A stretch of DNA of 32,000 bases, taken from contig JAMWCX010000001.1 of assembly GCA_023818895.1 (NCBI GenBank), forward strand, positions 179,789-211,788. Reading direction: 5' to 3'. The DNA comes from Candidatus Omnitrophota bacterium (lineage in GTDB: Bacteria > Omnitrophota > Gorgyraeia > 2-01-FULL-45-10). The notes under the pieces were generated by a model. The model was not told the DNA's origin and searched no databases. It saw only the letters and a list, made by a program, of their open reading frames with translations. Shown here piece by piece: positions 16,699 to 24,530 of this stretch (position 1 is its first letter; every line of letters starts with the position of its first letter). Both the position numbers and the translations under genes were made by a program.

Positions 16699-17689
16699 GC
16701 GTAAATATGAAAAGGCCTGTCAGGAATACTCCGCAGAAGGCCTCCGTAGCCGAAAGCATCTTGAAAAATCCCGCCTGCCGAGGAACGAAATCGCCATATC
16801 CAACAGTGGTAAATGTTATCGTGCTGTAATACAGATAATCATACCATCTTAAGATATACGATGGATTCGAGGTGCGCTCGATTGAGTTGAAGGAATGGTA
16901 CAGTATGGCGTACAGCGTGATAGCTGTAATGGCGGAAGTTACTATTCGGTAAGGCTTTTCGCCGTAGCCGCAGAGTATGTTCATTACGAGGCTGGGTATA
17001 TATATCCAGTCGCCCTTCTTTTTCAGGATGATCCTCTCCATCGATTTTTCCTTAAAAGAAGCCCAGCTGGCGTCATTATACATGCCGCAAGTTATGAAAT
17101 ATTGTTTAAGGTCCCTGTAAGATTCCTCGGCCGCCGGCGCGCCCGATTCATTGATGCGTGGATTATCAAAAAACCTCGCGCCGCTTGAAAAACTCATCTT
17201 TGTTATGGACTTTGCGCCCGCAAGAATAGTGTGCCACAATTTTACATTGAATAGTCGGGCGTTCCACAAATCCGAACCTGATAGGTCGGCCTCGGTGAGA
17301 TTGGCACCTGACAGATCGGAGTTCCAGAAACGGGCTCCGGTCAGGCACGCTTTTGTTAGATCCGAACCTCGCAAGTTGCAATGAGCCATGTCGCAACCGG
17401 AGATGTTTGCTCCAACAAAATCGGCCCCTTCAAGATTGCAATCAAAAAAATGGGAACTGGATAGGTCCGCCTGGGCGAAATTCGCTTTCCTAAAAGACGC
17501 TCTTTCGAAGCGCGCCCCTTTTAGTACGGCTTTTCGAAGGTTGCAGTCCGATAAGTCTTGGCCGCTACTGGCCGCATTCGTAAGCGATGTAGCGTAAGAA
17601 TCCTTCTGGGGCATATGGTCCCAGCAGAATTGGGAAAGCGCCACAGCGTGTTCCTCGCATCCTTTAAAAACGCATCGTTCTATATTCAT
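16673..17689 (-). CDS. pentapeptide-repeat protein fused to a 2-TM K+ channel pore (Ion_trans_2)
   Basis: 338 aa. Residues about 45-160 form pentapeptide repeats (DLSDCNLRKAVLKGARFERASFRKANFAQADLSSSHF...). The C-terminus has two TM helices flanking the selectivity filter TTVGYGD. Confidence 0.85.
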   Translation of the reverse strand: MNIERCVFKGCEEHAVALSQFCWDHMPQKDSYATSLTNAASSGQDLSDCNLRKAVLKGARFERASFRKANFAQADLSSSHFFDCNLEGADFVGANISGCDMAHCNLRGSDLTKACLTGARFWNSDLSGANLTEADLSGSDLWNARLFNVKLWHTILAGAKSITKMSFSSGARFFDNPRINESGAPAAEESYRDLKQYFITCGMYNDASWASFKEKSMERIILKKKGDWIYIPSLVMNILCGYGEKPYRIVTSAITAITLYAILYHSFNSIERTSNPSYILRWYDYLYYSTITFTTVGYGDFVPRQAGFFKMLSATEAFCGVFLTGLFIFTLARKYSAR

Positions 17690-17733
17690 GGATATATGGT
17701 TTCTCGGTTGGCGTTATTTACGAGCGGATCTTC

Positions 17734-17871
17734 TTATTGCCTGAAAAAGAACGTGTTTATGCCGCGCCCCATCCTGTTGCAGTCTTTCCCAACTCCGGCA
17801 ATGGTCTCACCGCATCCAAACAGAACGGCGCAATACCCGAGCAATATTGCAACTAGTATGAGTTTCTTCAT
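17734..17871 (-). CDS. 45-aa entericidin (EcnA/B)-like small lipoprotein; absent from the ORF track because it is under 60 aa
   Basis: Own translation: MKKLILVAILLGYCAVLFGCGETIAGVGKDCNRMGRGINTFFFRQ*. It has a lipobox (LFGC) followed by a GxGxD-type motif as in entericidins. An AGGAG Shine-Dalgarno lies 7 nt upstream. The gene sits 44 nt upstream of the channel gene. Confidence 0.6.
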   Translation of the reverse strand: MKKLILVAILLGYCAVLFGCGETIAGVGKDCNRMGRGINTFFFRQ

Positions 17872-17921
17872 CAAACGCTCCTATTTTAACTATGTTCGAA
17901 AAGTGGGTTTTTGTGGTAAAG

Positions 17922-17960
17922 AAAAAACCATATTCTTGTTTAAAAGAGATATGGTTTTTT
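17922..17960. terminator. bidirectional terminator-like hairpin after the 117-aa secreted-protein gene
   Basis: AACCATAT (17926-17933) pairs with ATATGGTT (17949-17956). An A6 run lies on one side and a T6 run on the other, so each strand reads a hairpin followed by a U-tract. Confidence 0.6.
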
Positions 17961-18012
17961 CTCTCTTATCATCGCTTTGTTGATTACCCGCCGGTAAGGG
18001 GTTCTTAATCTA

Positions 18013-18366
18013 TTATTCTTTGGCAGCCTTAACCGGTGCGTTTACGGTGCCTTCAGCCGCTATCTTGGCTGTCTCGCCTGTTCCGATTATCGGATCAGTG
18101 ACCAAGTTCTGGGCTTTTTTAACGTCTCCCGAGGTAACTTCGCCAAGCGTCTTTACCTGGTTTGTGACGACTTCTGTGCCCTTCTTACCGGTATCAGCCA
18201 CAACGTTGACGGATTCCTTGGTGACGTTCGCAGGGTAATTGAACAGCTTCTGCCAGAAACTCTTTGCGCTCTGTCCGCCAGTCTTTCCTTCAGCGTAAAC
18301 GTTATTCGAGATCGTAACGCCGATAATAATAGCTATACACAAATATGCGATAATCCTTTTTCTCAT
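18013..18366 (-). CDS. hypothetical secreted protein
   Basis: 117 aa. Signal peptide MRKRIIAYLCIAIIIGVTISNNVYA/EG. The mature part is hydrophilic and rich in Thr, Lys, Val and Gly. AAAGGAGG Shine-Dalgarno. I recognised no family. Confidence 0.6.
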   Translation of the reverse strand: MRKRIIAYLCIAIIIGVTISNNVYAEGKTGGQSAKSFWQKLFNYPANVTKESVNVVADTGKKGTEVVTNQVKTLGEVTSGDVKKAQNLVTDPIIGTGETAKIAAEGTVNAPVKAAKE

Positions 18367-18394
18367 CTTTTCCTCCTTTCAGTATAGATTTAAT

Positions 18395-18423
18395 ATACTA
18401 CTATAAGATATCTCGGTTATCAA
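18395..18423 (-). promoter_or_regulatory. candidate sigma-70 promoter for the 117-aa secreted-protein gene
   Basis: Minus strand reads TTGATA, 17-nt spacer, TAGTAT, about 30 nt upstream of the start codon. Confidence 0.4.
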
Positions 18424-18437
18424 GAAAAATACTTTCT

Positions 18438-18797
18438 TTACTTGAATAGTATCATGCGGAGAGATACAACTAGCATTGCCAGACCGAATATCTTGCGAAG
18501 AAGAACGTCCGGTACCCGCTGGACGAGGTGTGCGCCGAGAAGGCCGCCTGCTACAAAGCCGCATGCTATAAGCACGGCCATGCCTACCTTGACATTGCCG
18601 CTATAATAATATCTTATGGCAGCAAGTAGCGTTATTGGCGGTACCATTATAGCAAGAGATGTGCCCTGTGCTTGGTGCTGGGTGAGGCCATAGCCATACA
18701 CAAGTATAGGTATAAGGACAATCCCCCCGCCCAGCCCAAGGAATCCGGCAAAGATACCCGCGAAAATCCCCAGCAATATATATGTTAGGTTTATCAT
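18438..18797 (-). CDS. TauE/SafE (DUF81) family membrane protein, short half-size form
   Basis: 119 aa with 4 TM helices. Gly-rich first helix (GIFAGFLGLGGGIVLIPIL) and a QAQGTSL motif, both typical of DUF81 anion exporters. Confidence 0.7.
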   Translation of the reverse strand: MINLTYILLGIFAGIFAGFLGLGGGIVLIPILVYGYGLTQHQAQGTSLAIMVPPITLLAAIRYYYSGNVKVGMAVLIACGFVAGGLLGAHLVQRVPDVLLRKIFGLAMLVVSLRMILFK

Positions 18798-18798
18798 G

Positions 18799-19254
18799 TT
18801 ATTTAAGAAGTCGCATGACGATCTGGTTTATAATCTTGCCGTCCGCCTGCCCCCTGATTTTTTCCATTACGGCTTTCATGACCTTGCCCATGTCCGCTTT
18901 TGTGGTGGCGCCTGTCTCGGAGATAACATTTTTTACTATATCCAGGAGCTCCGCCTCCCCTAACTGAGCCGGCATATAGGTTTCTAGTATCTTTAGTTCT
19001 GAGGCCTCCTTTTCGGCGAGGTCGGACCTGTTGCCTTTCTTGAATTGTTCTATAGATTCTCTGTGCTGTTTTATCTGTTTTGAGATTATCTGGGCTGTAT
19101 CGGCATCGGAAGGCGATTTGATATTTTTGTCAATCTCAAACTGTTTAATCGCGGCGACTAGCATCCTAAGGACCGACAACTTTACGGTATCGCCCTCTTT
19201 CATCGCTGATTTCATATCGTTTTCTATTCGCTCGTGTAACGCCATCTGCCCCAT
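18799..19254 (-). CDS. GatB/YqeY domain protein
   Basis: 151 aa. The N-terminus (LHERIENDMKSAMKEGDTVKLSVLRML) and the C-terminus (KADMGKVMKAVMEKIRGQADGKIINQIV) are typical of YqeY. Confidence 0.85.
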   Translation of the reverse strand: MGQMALHERIENDMKSAMKEGDTVKLSVLRMLVAAIKQFEIDKNIKSPSDADTAQIISKQIKQHRESIEQFKKGNRSDLAEKEASELKILETYMPAQLGEAELLDIVKNVISETGATTKADMGKVMKAVMEKIRGQADGKIINQIVMRLLK

Positions 19255-19256
19255 GA

Positions 19257-19736
19257 TTATCCTTTGCGTATCTTTCTTTTGGCCAGCATCTTTTTTATAG
19301 GTCCCAGATAGTCTATGATGAGCTTTCCCGAAAGATGGTCTAATTCGTGCTGTATGGCTCTGGCCAACAGGCCTTCAGCCGTAAGTTCTTTCACATCACC
19401 GTCCTCATTCATAAAGCTCACAACTATCTTTTTTGCCCTCTCCACAGTTACCGTGGCTCCAGGGCAGCTTAAGCATCCTTCCTCGCACGCCTCCGCGCCC
19501 TCCTTCTTTACAATGACGGGGTTCACCATCTTTATTAGCCCATCTCCTACATCAACCACCGCAAGTTGCTTATCTATACCGACCTGGACCGCCGCCAATC
19601 CCACGCCTTGACTTAAATACATCGTCCTTGCCATGTCAGAGAGCATATCTTTTTCAGCCTGGGTGACTTTCGTAACTTTGGCGGCTTTTGAACGGAGGAT
19701 TGGATCCGGGAATTTATTTATCTTAAGATCCGCCAT
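19257..19736 (-). CDS. def: peptide deformylase
   Basis: 159 aa with all three catalytic motifs: GVGLAAVQVG, EGCLSCP, QHELDH. Confidence 0.95.
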   Translation of the reverse strand: MADLKINKFPDPILRSKAAKVTKVTQAEKDMLSDMARTMYLSQGVGLAAVQVGIDKQLAVVDVGDGLIKMVNPVIVKKEGAEACEEGCLSCPGATVTVERAKKIVVSFMNEDGDVKELTAEGLLARAIQHELDHLSGKLIIDYLGPIKKMLAKRKIRKG

Positions 19737-19738
19737 AA

Positions 19739-20089
19739 CTATTTTACCAGACGGTTTTTTGAATCCACATAGACGGGTCGCATTTTTATCTTGCGGGCTT
19801 TTTTATCATCGAACATTGCATATGAAAGTATAATCACGATATCGCCGACATTACCGAGATGTGCCGCAGCACCGTAAAGGCCGATCGTGCCCGAACCGGC
19901 CTTCTCTTCAAAAGCGTAGGTTTCGAATCTTGTGCCATTATTTACGTTTACAACCTGGACTATCTCGCCCGGCAGTATATCGGCCTTTTTCAGAAGCAAG
20001 CTATCTATGCCGATCGAACCTTCATAGTGGAGATCCACTTTTGTTATCGTCGCTCTGTGGATCTTTGATTTGCACATAAGTCTTGTCAT
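19739..20089 (-). CDS. panD: aspartate 1-decarboxylase
   Basis: 116 aa. Sequence begins MCKSKIHRATITKVDLHYEGSIGID, which includes the Gly-Ser self-processing site. Confidence 0.95.
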   Translation of the reverse strand: MTRLMCKSKIHRATITKVDLHYEGSIGIDSLLLKKADILPGEIVQVVNVNNGTRFETYAFEEKAGSGTIGLYGAAAHLGNVGDIVIILSYAMFDDKKARKIKMRPVYVDSKNRLVK

Positions 20090-20092
20090 GGT

Positions 20093-20296
20093 TCAGCACC
20101 TTCTTTTGAGGTCAGTTATGAGGTTAGCGAAAGACCTGTCGTAAGAACGCTCGGCTTCTTGCGAGAAGAAACACGCGGGAGCCTGGCGCATGGAAAGATG
20201 ATATTGCAGGCATTCGCAACAGATCCCCTTTCGGGGGCATGGTTCGTAAGTACAATTACAGTTTGATTTGTTTTTATAGCGGTTTTCGCATTTCAT
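20093..20296 (-). CDS. small Cys-rich protein (9 Cys), probable metal-binding, function unknown
   Basis: 67 aa with CNCTYEPCPRKGICCECLQYH...PACFF. From memory it resembles a conserved small Cys-rich family of anaerobes, possibly DUF6485; this is unverified. Confidence 0.55.
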   Translation of the reverse strand: MKCENRYKNKSNCNCTYEPCPRKGICCECLQYHLSMRQAPACFFSQEAERSYDRSFANLITDLKRRC

Positions 20297-20353
20297 CAGA
20301 AGATCTTAGCGATGCTTTTACGCCGAAGTAGGTTTTGCGGCATGGAAACCGGA

Positions 20354-20758
20354 TTAGTCTTTCTTTCGCGTGCGTTTCTGTTCCTTTCTTATGGCGTATA
20401 TGAGATCGCATAGGAATTTCAGAAAGGTGTTTTTGTTGTCTTCCTCGATTTCGGTGAACTCCATTCCGCAATCAAAGGGGGCAGCATCTTCAAGTGAAAT
20501 CTTTTTTTTCCATATAACCTTGCCCTTGGCATGGACCGGATTTGGCGCGCCCGTTATGCCAAGTTTCAATTCTACAAGATCATCCTCTTTTAGCTCTTTG
20601 TCAAAAGTTTCGAACCTCAGTCCGTCCGCTGATATATTCTTTGTGCTGGTATTGTGAATGCTTCCAGTCTCCGGCACGGTATAAGATATCGGTATTGGCG
20701 TCTGCAGGCGCACGTAACGGCGCCTTTCAACGAATATGTCACGGATTTTTTTTACCAT
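20354..20758 (-). CDS. PilZ domain protein (P1)
   Basis: 134 aa with RRRYVR (RxxxR) and NISADG (D/NxSxxG) motifs. Confidence 0.8.
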   Translation of the reverse strand: MVKKIRDIFVERRRYVRLQTPIPISYTVPETGSIHNTSTKNISADGLRFETFDKELKEDDLVELKLGITGAPNPVHAKGKVIWKKKISLEDAAPFDCGMEFTEIEEDNKNTFLKFLCDLIYAIRKEQKRTRKKD

Positions 20759-20784
20759 AACTGACTGGATTCCCTTTGGTTAGA

Positions 20785-20813
20785 AATATATCATACGGCC
20801 ACCGCATCGTCAA
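20785..20813 (-). promoter_or_regulatory. candidate sigma-70 promoter for PilZ P1
   Basis: Minus strand reads TTGACG, 17-nt spacer, TATATT, about 26 nt upstream of the ATG at 20758. Confidence 0.45.
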
Positions 20814-20868
20814 CTTAATTCGAAAGACTGCAGGATAAAGGCCTGTCTTCGATCGTCGGCCTACCGTA

Positions 20869-22575
20869 CTATTGCCTCTCTGCTGCCGCGGCGGTTTGAT
20901 TTAATGTGTTCGCCACGGCGGCTTCATCGAGATTATTGTTAAGCCAATTTTTTATGTTTTCCAAAACTTCTCTATCTAATGTGTAGTACGTCTGATGAAT
21001 GCCGTCACTGACCGGTTCTCCTAGAAACGTCCCAAGGTATGCATAGTACGTTAAGCTGTGGTTTTTGTTGCCGGAGTCTTCAAGAGCCGCGTCAATAAGA
21101 GACGCTGTTTTCACCGATGCCTCCTCATCCCTGCCGCCTTGGAGTATGAGGACAGGAGTCTTTATCTGTTTTATGGTATCCATTGGATTTTCGGCCAGCT
21201 CTTCACGAATGTCTTTTAAGAAGCACTTCTTACCAAGTATATAAGCCCAATCGCCCTCTAAAGTCGTGGCCTTGGCGGCGGTTTCCTCTATAGTTCTGAT
21301 AGATAGCTTGAGATATTCCTCGCTCCACCCTGCTTTGGAAGCCAGCGAGCTGATTGCCTCGATTTTTGATCTTGTGCCGGCTGACATGTTTACTGAAGGA
21401 GCCAGGAGCACCAGTCCTCGCGGTGCCGTATTTTTGACTGCGACTCTCATGGCGTAATAGGCACCTTTGCCGTGGCCTATAAGAAAGATCTTTTTAGGAT
21501 CTATCACGGGCTGGGACGCTAAATAATTGAAGGCCGCATAGGCGTCATCTATCTCATCGCTTAAGGCAGTAGATGCCAGGTTCCCCGTAGAGGAACCGAT
21601 GCCGCGCTTGTCTAGGCTTAATACATAATATCCGTTTTTGGCAAGGAACGCGGCCAGAGACGAAAATAACCCTTGATAGCGCCTGTCGTTGGGCCCCTGC
21701 CCACTGATGAGTAGCACTGCAGGGAAAGGTCCGTTTCCCGCTGGGCCACTCAGCGTACCCCCCAGTTCGACAGCTTTGGATTTTACTATCACATCCTTCT
21801 GGGAAAAGCCTTCAGGCTGCGGTTGGTACTCTTTTGCCTTAAGGATGATAGGCTCAAAGGTCCTCGTTATACTGAGGCCCTGCGAGGGGTTCTCTAATTT
21901 TATGAGGGCCTTATCGGACTTTGCCACCCATATGCTTGCCTGCGGGTAATCGCGTATTTTCAATATAAGATTTTCGGTCTTTATCTTTCTGCGGCCAATC
22001 TTTAAATATTCATCCTTGATCGAGGTGAGGACCACGAAACGCTTCTTTGGAGGCATGCTGAACCACGGCGAAGGTATGAGGGCATTGAATCCCTGGGATC
22101 GACCTTTTGTGAAATTGTAGTTTTCGATAAGGGGAAGGAAGGTTACAGGCGAATCTTCCTCAAATATGAATGTGTTTCTTTTCAAAGGTATATTATCTAC
22201 GCAGGCAAACCTGGACTGGAATTTTGATACAAAGGAAGCGGTATTTTTGAAATTTTCTAAATACAGTACATCAGCGACTTTGTTGGCGATCCGCTCTTTC
22301 GTGTAGCTTTCAAGATTGTACTTATGATCCAGATTTAGTCTTGAGCGATATTCTGTGTATTGAGGGGCAAAGGGCATGTTTAATATGGCTTTGTATATCA
22401 GCTTGTCCTCTGTTGCGAATCTATCTATGCGGATAGTGCCGATATTGCGCCCACCGCTGTTTACCACGTAGTGGTATGTCTTGCGTTTTAGCCTGTCCAA
22501 ATATACAAATGAGGCTATGAATAAAAACGTGAATAGTACCAGTGACGATATTACAGTAATATATAGTCGTCGCAT
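20869..22575 (-). CDS. membrane-anchored alpha/beta-hydrolase-fold protein with an unrecognised N-terminal domain; nucleophile Ser absent
   Basis: 568 aa with an N-terminal TM helix. The C-terminal roughly 290 aa have an alpha/beta-hydrolase layout (PAVLLISGQGPNDR, LDKRGIGSSTG, PVLILQGGRDEE). The nucleophile elbow reads GHGKG instead of GHSxG. Confidence 0.7.
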   Translation of the reverse strand: MRRLYITVISSLVLFTFLFIASFVYLDRLKRKTYHYVVNSGGRNIGTIRIDRFATEDKLIYKAILNMPFAPQYTEYRSRLNLDHKYNLESYTKERIANKVADVLYLENFKNTASFVSKFQSRFACVDNIPLKRNTFIFEEDSPVTFLPLIENYNFTKGRSQGFNALIPSPWFSMPPKKRFVVLTSIKDEYLKIGRRKIKTENLILKIRDYPQASIWVAKSDKALIKLENPSQGLSITRTFEPIILKAKEYQPQPEGFSQKDVIVKSKAVELGGTLSGPAGNGPFPAVLLISGQGPNDRRYQGLFSSLAAFLAKNGYYVLSLDKRGIGSSTGNLASTALSDEIDDAYAAFNYLASQPVIDPKKIFLIGHGKGAYYAMRVAVKNTAPRGLVLLAPSVNMSAGTRSKIEAISSLASKAGWSEEYLKLSIRTIEETAAKATTLEGDWAYILGKKCFLKDIREELAENPMDTIKQIKTPVLILQGGRDEEASVKTASLIDAALEDSGNKNHSLTYYAYLGTFLGEPVSDGIHQTYYTLDREVLENIKNWLNNNLDEAAVANTLNQTAAAAERQ

Positions 22576-22583
22576 TGTATGTT

Positions 22584-23162
22584 TCAGAAGGTTATGGTGA
22601 GTATCTCATAATCGAGTTTGCCGCTCCATCTGGCGGCGCCGCTTCCCGAGGAAGCCGTGTTCTTGATTTCTGAGGCAATCTGTGCGGGGCAGTTCGTCAA
22701 TATCCTTTTGAATCGAAGGGAGCCTTCAGGCCTGATAACATTTTTGGAGGATTCGTAAAGATATGGTATAGACACCTGCGTCAGTATTGAAGAGCCAAGA
22801 GCGGGCTCCTGAGGCCGAAATACTACATCATATACTATCGCGCCGTCTCGGTCCAAAAAATTCACTTTTAATAACATATCGGATATATCTCTATACCCCT
22901 TGTTTCTTATTATTCCCTCTACTATATTCTGCCCTTTGAGCGCGCCGCTGGTTTCGAAGGTGGCGCTTAGTTTGGCAATCTCAATATATTTGGCGTAGTA
23001 CTTTGCGTTGACTTTATGGAGCATCGCCTGATAGGCGTTGTTGAGCTCATCTTCTTTCAGTTCAAGGTATACGGCATATCCAACCAACGTCAGGACAAGC
23101 ACCAGGCATATGACCAGGCTGGAAACCAGGGCGACAACAAGACTCTTTTTCTTTACGATCAT
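22584..23162 (-). CDS. hypothetical single-pass membrane protein
   Basis: 192 aa with an N-terminal TM helix and a beta-rich extracytoplasmic domain. The pattern (VEGIIRNKG...LLKVNFLDRDGAIVYD) is faintly DUF3426-like, which is a low-confidence call. Confidence 0.5.
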   Translation of the reverse strand: MIVKKKSLVVALVSSLVICLVLVLTLVGYAVYLELKEDELNNAYQAMLHKVNAKYYAKYIEIAKLSATFETSGALKGQNIVEGIIRNKGYRDISDMLLKVNFLDRDGAIVYDVVFRPQEPALGSSILTQVSIPYLYESSKNVIRPEGSLRFKRILTNCPAQIASEIKNTASSGSGAARWSGKLDYEILTITF

Positions 23163-23165
23163 ATC

Positions 23166-23684
23166 TTAAATACCGCTTTTATAAAGCTCGCGCACCGAAT
23201 TGAATATCGATATATACGCCGTCGTTTTGTAATCCGGGTAAGTCCATGGCCATGCGTTGAATGTTCCATCTTTATAATATAGCGTAACCTCCGCGAATAT
23301 CCCTTTGCCAAGATATATCCTGTGTGAATAGTCCTTTGTGGAGAAGAGCACCACTTTTGACATATCAAGGTAGCCGGGATCTATATTGACGGCACGTTTC
23401 CCATCTCGTGACAGGGCTTTCTCTATGCGGTTGGTCGCTATCTTAATCATGTATATCCCGTCGAGGTTCATTAGCCTCTCGAAACTGATGAATTTTCTTT
23501 TGAGGCCATGCCCCATCTCGGCGGCATAATAGTCAGTGTGCTCAAAATCAAGAAGATCGCTTTCAAAGTCTATCCTACCGAAGACCCTTTTTAGGCGGGT
23601 AGAAGCCCTTCTCATATGCTCCATATCTTTTGACAGCATTCCTATAAAGAGCTTTACCTTGTGCGGTTTTCGGATAATTCCCAT
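23166..23684 (-). CDS. DUF4416 family protein
   Basis: 172 aa with PHKVKLFIGMLS...TDYYAAEMG...VNIDPGYL...STKDYSHRIYL...WTYPDY, the pattern I recall for DUF4416. Confidence 0.7.
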   Translation of the reverse strand: MGIIRKPHKVKLFIGMLSKDMEHMRRASTRLKRVFGRIDFESDLLDFEHTDYYAAEMGHGLKRKFISFERLMNLDGIYMIKIATNRIEKALSRDGKRAVNIDPGYLDMSKVVLFSTKDYSHRIYLGKGIFAEVTLYYKDGTFNAWPWTYPDYKTTAYISIFNSVRELYKSGI

Positions 23685-23685
23685 C

Positions 23686-24075
23686 TTAAGGCAGATCGCT
23701 CCGTTTTTCGCTGGTAGACTTCTTTCTTGAAATATAGTTTGTTATGAGCTCTTTGGCTTTTGAAGAAAGGTTATCAAAGAATACAGCTATGTCGTAATGC
23801 CTGATCTTGCCATCTATTATCACCGGATGCGCTCGGACCACAACCCCTTCCACTTCCACTTTCCTAATCTCTTTCCCATCCTTTGAGACATCCGGGATCA
23901 TCAATACAAGGCTTACTCTTGACATAAGCGGCATATCACGGTCGACCTTGCAGTACAATCCCGAGGCGCTGATATTCAGTGTATGCGTTACCGCGTCAAA
24001 ATTACCGGCATGGAACTCAAGAGATAATTCTTCGTCCTTTATCCTCGGCGCTTTTCTTCTTTCCTGTTGAGCCAT
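23686..24075 (-). CDS. PilZ domain protein (P2)
   Basis: 129 aa with RRKAPR and NISASG motifs. AAGGAG Shine-Dalgarno. Confidence 0.8.
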   Translation of the reverse strand: MAQQERRKAPRIKDEELSLEFHAGNFDAVTHTLNISASGLYCKVDRDMPLMSRVSLVLMIPDVSKDGKEIRKVEVEGVVVRAHPVIIDGKIRHYDIAVFFDNLSSKAKELITNYISRKKSTSEKRSDLP

Positions 24076-24120
24076 GTCACGCTCCTTTTGTTTACTGTTC
24101 GCCGCTTTTTATTTGCCAGA

Positions 24121-24474
24121 TCACCCAGGCGGCCAAGTAAATTTTCTGCCACCTAGCAAATGAATATGGAGATGGAATATTTCCTGGCCGGCATCCCTGT
24201 TGCAATTGATAACTATCCTATATCCGGAATTCTCCACCTTGGATTTCTTCGCGACATCTTTAGCTACCAAGACCAGATGGCCTATGAGGCGCTCATGCGC
24301 TTCTGTCAGATCTGAGGTCTTCTCGATATGCTCTTTGGGGATCACCAAGATGTGTACGGGCGCATGGGGCTTTATGTCCTCGAAGGCAAGCGCCGTTTCG
24401 TCCTCGTAGATGATCCTGGCTGGGATATTCTTCTTGGCTATTTCACAGAAAAGGCATTCTTTTTTTTGGTTCAT
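24121..24474 (-). CDS. HIT (histidine triad) family nucleotide hydrolase
   Basis: 117 aa with CLFCEI... and the histidine triad HLHIHLLGG. Confidence 0.9.
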   Translation of the reverse strand: MNQKKECLFCEIAKKNIPARIIYEDETALAFEDIKPHAPVHILVIPKEHIEKTSDLTEAHERLIGHLVLVAKDVAKKSKVENSGYRIVINCNRDAGQEIFHLHIHLLGGRKFTWPPG

Positions 24475-24530
24475 CTGCGCACCTTCTTTAGATGCCTAGT
24501 TATAGTGAAGGACAATAAAGCGCGGGCTAA

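Noticed and set aside
17209-17554. Periodic DNA pattern, considered as a nucleotide tandem repeat
   Set aside because: It is the coding image of protein-level pentapeptide repeats in the channel gene. The nucleotide units are degenerate.
20274-20471. 65-aa minus-strand ORF bridging the Cys-rich gene and PilZ P1
   Set aside because: It overlaps both neighbours out of frame, is basic and low-complexity, and has no Shine-Dalgarno. It is likely spurious.
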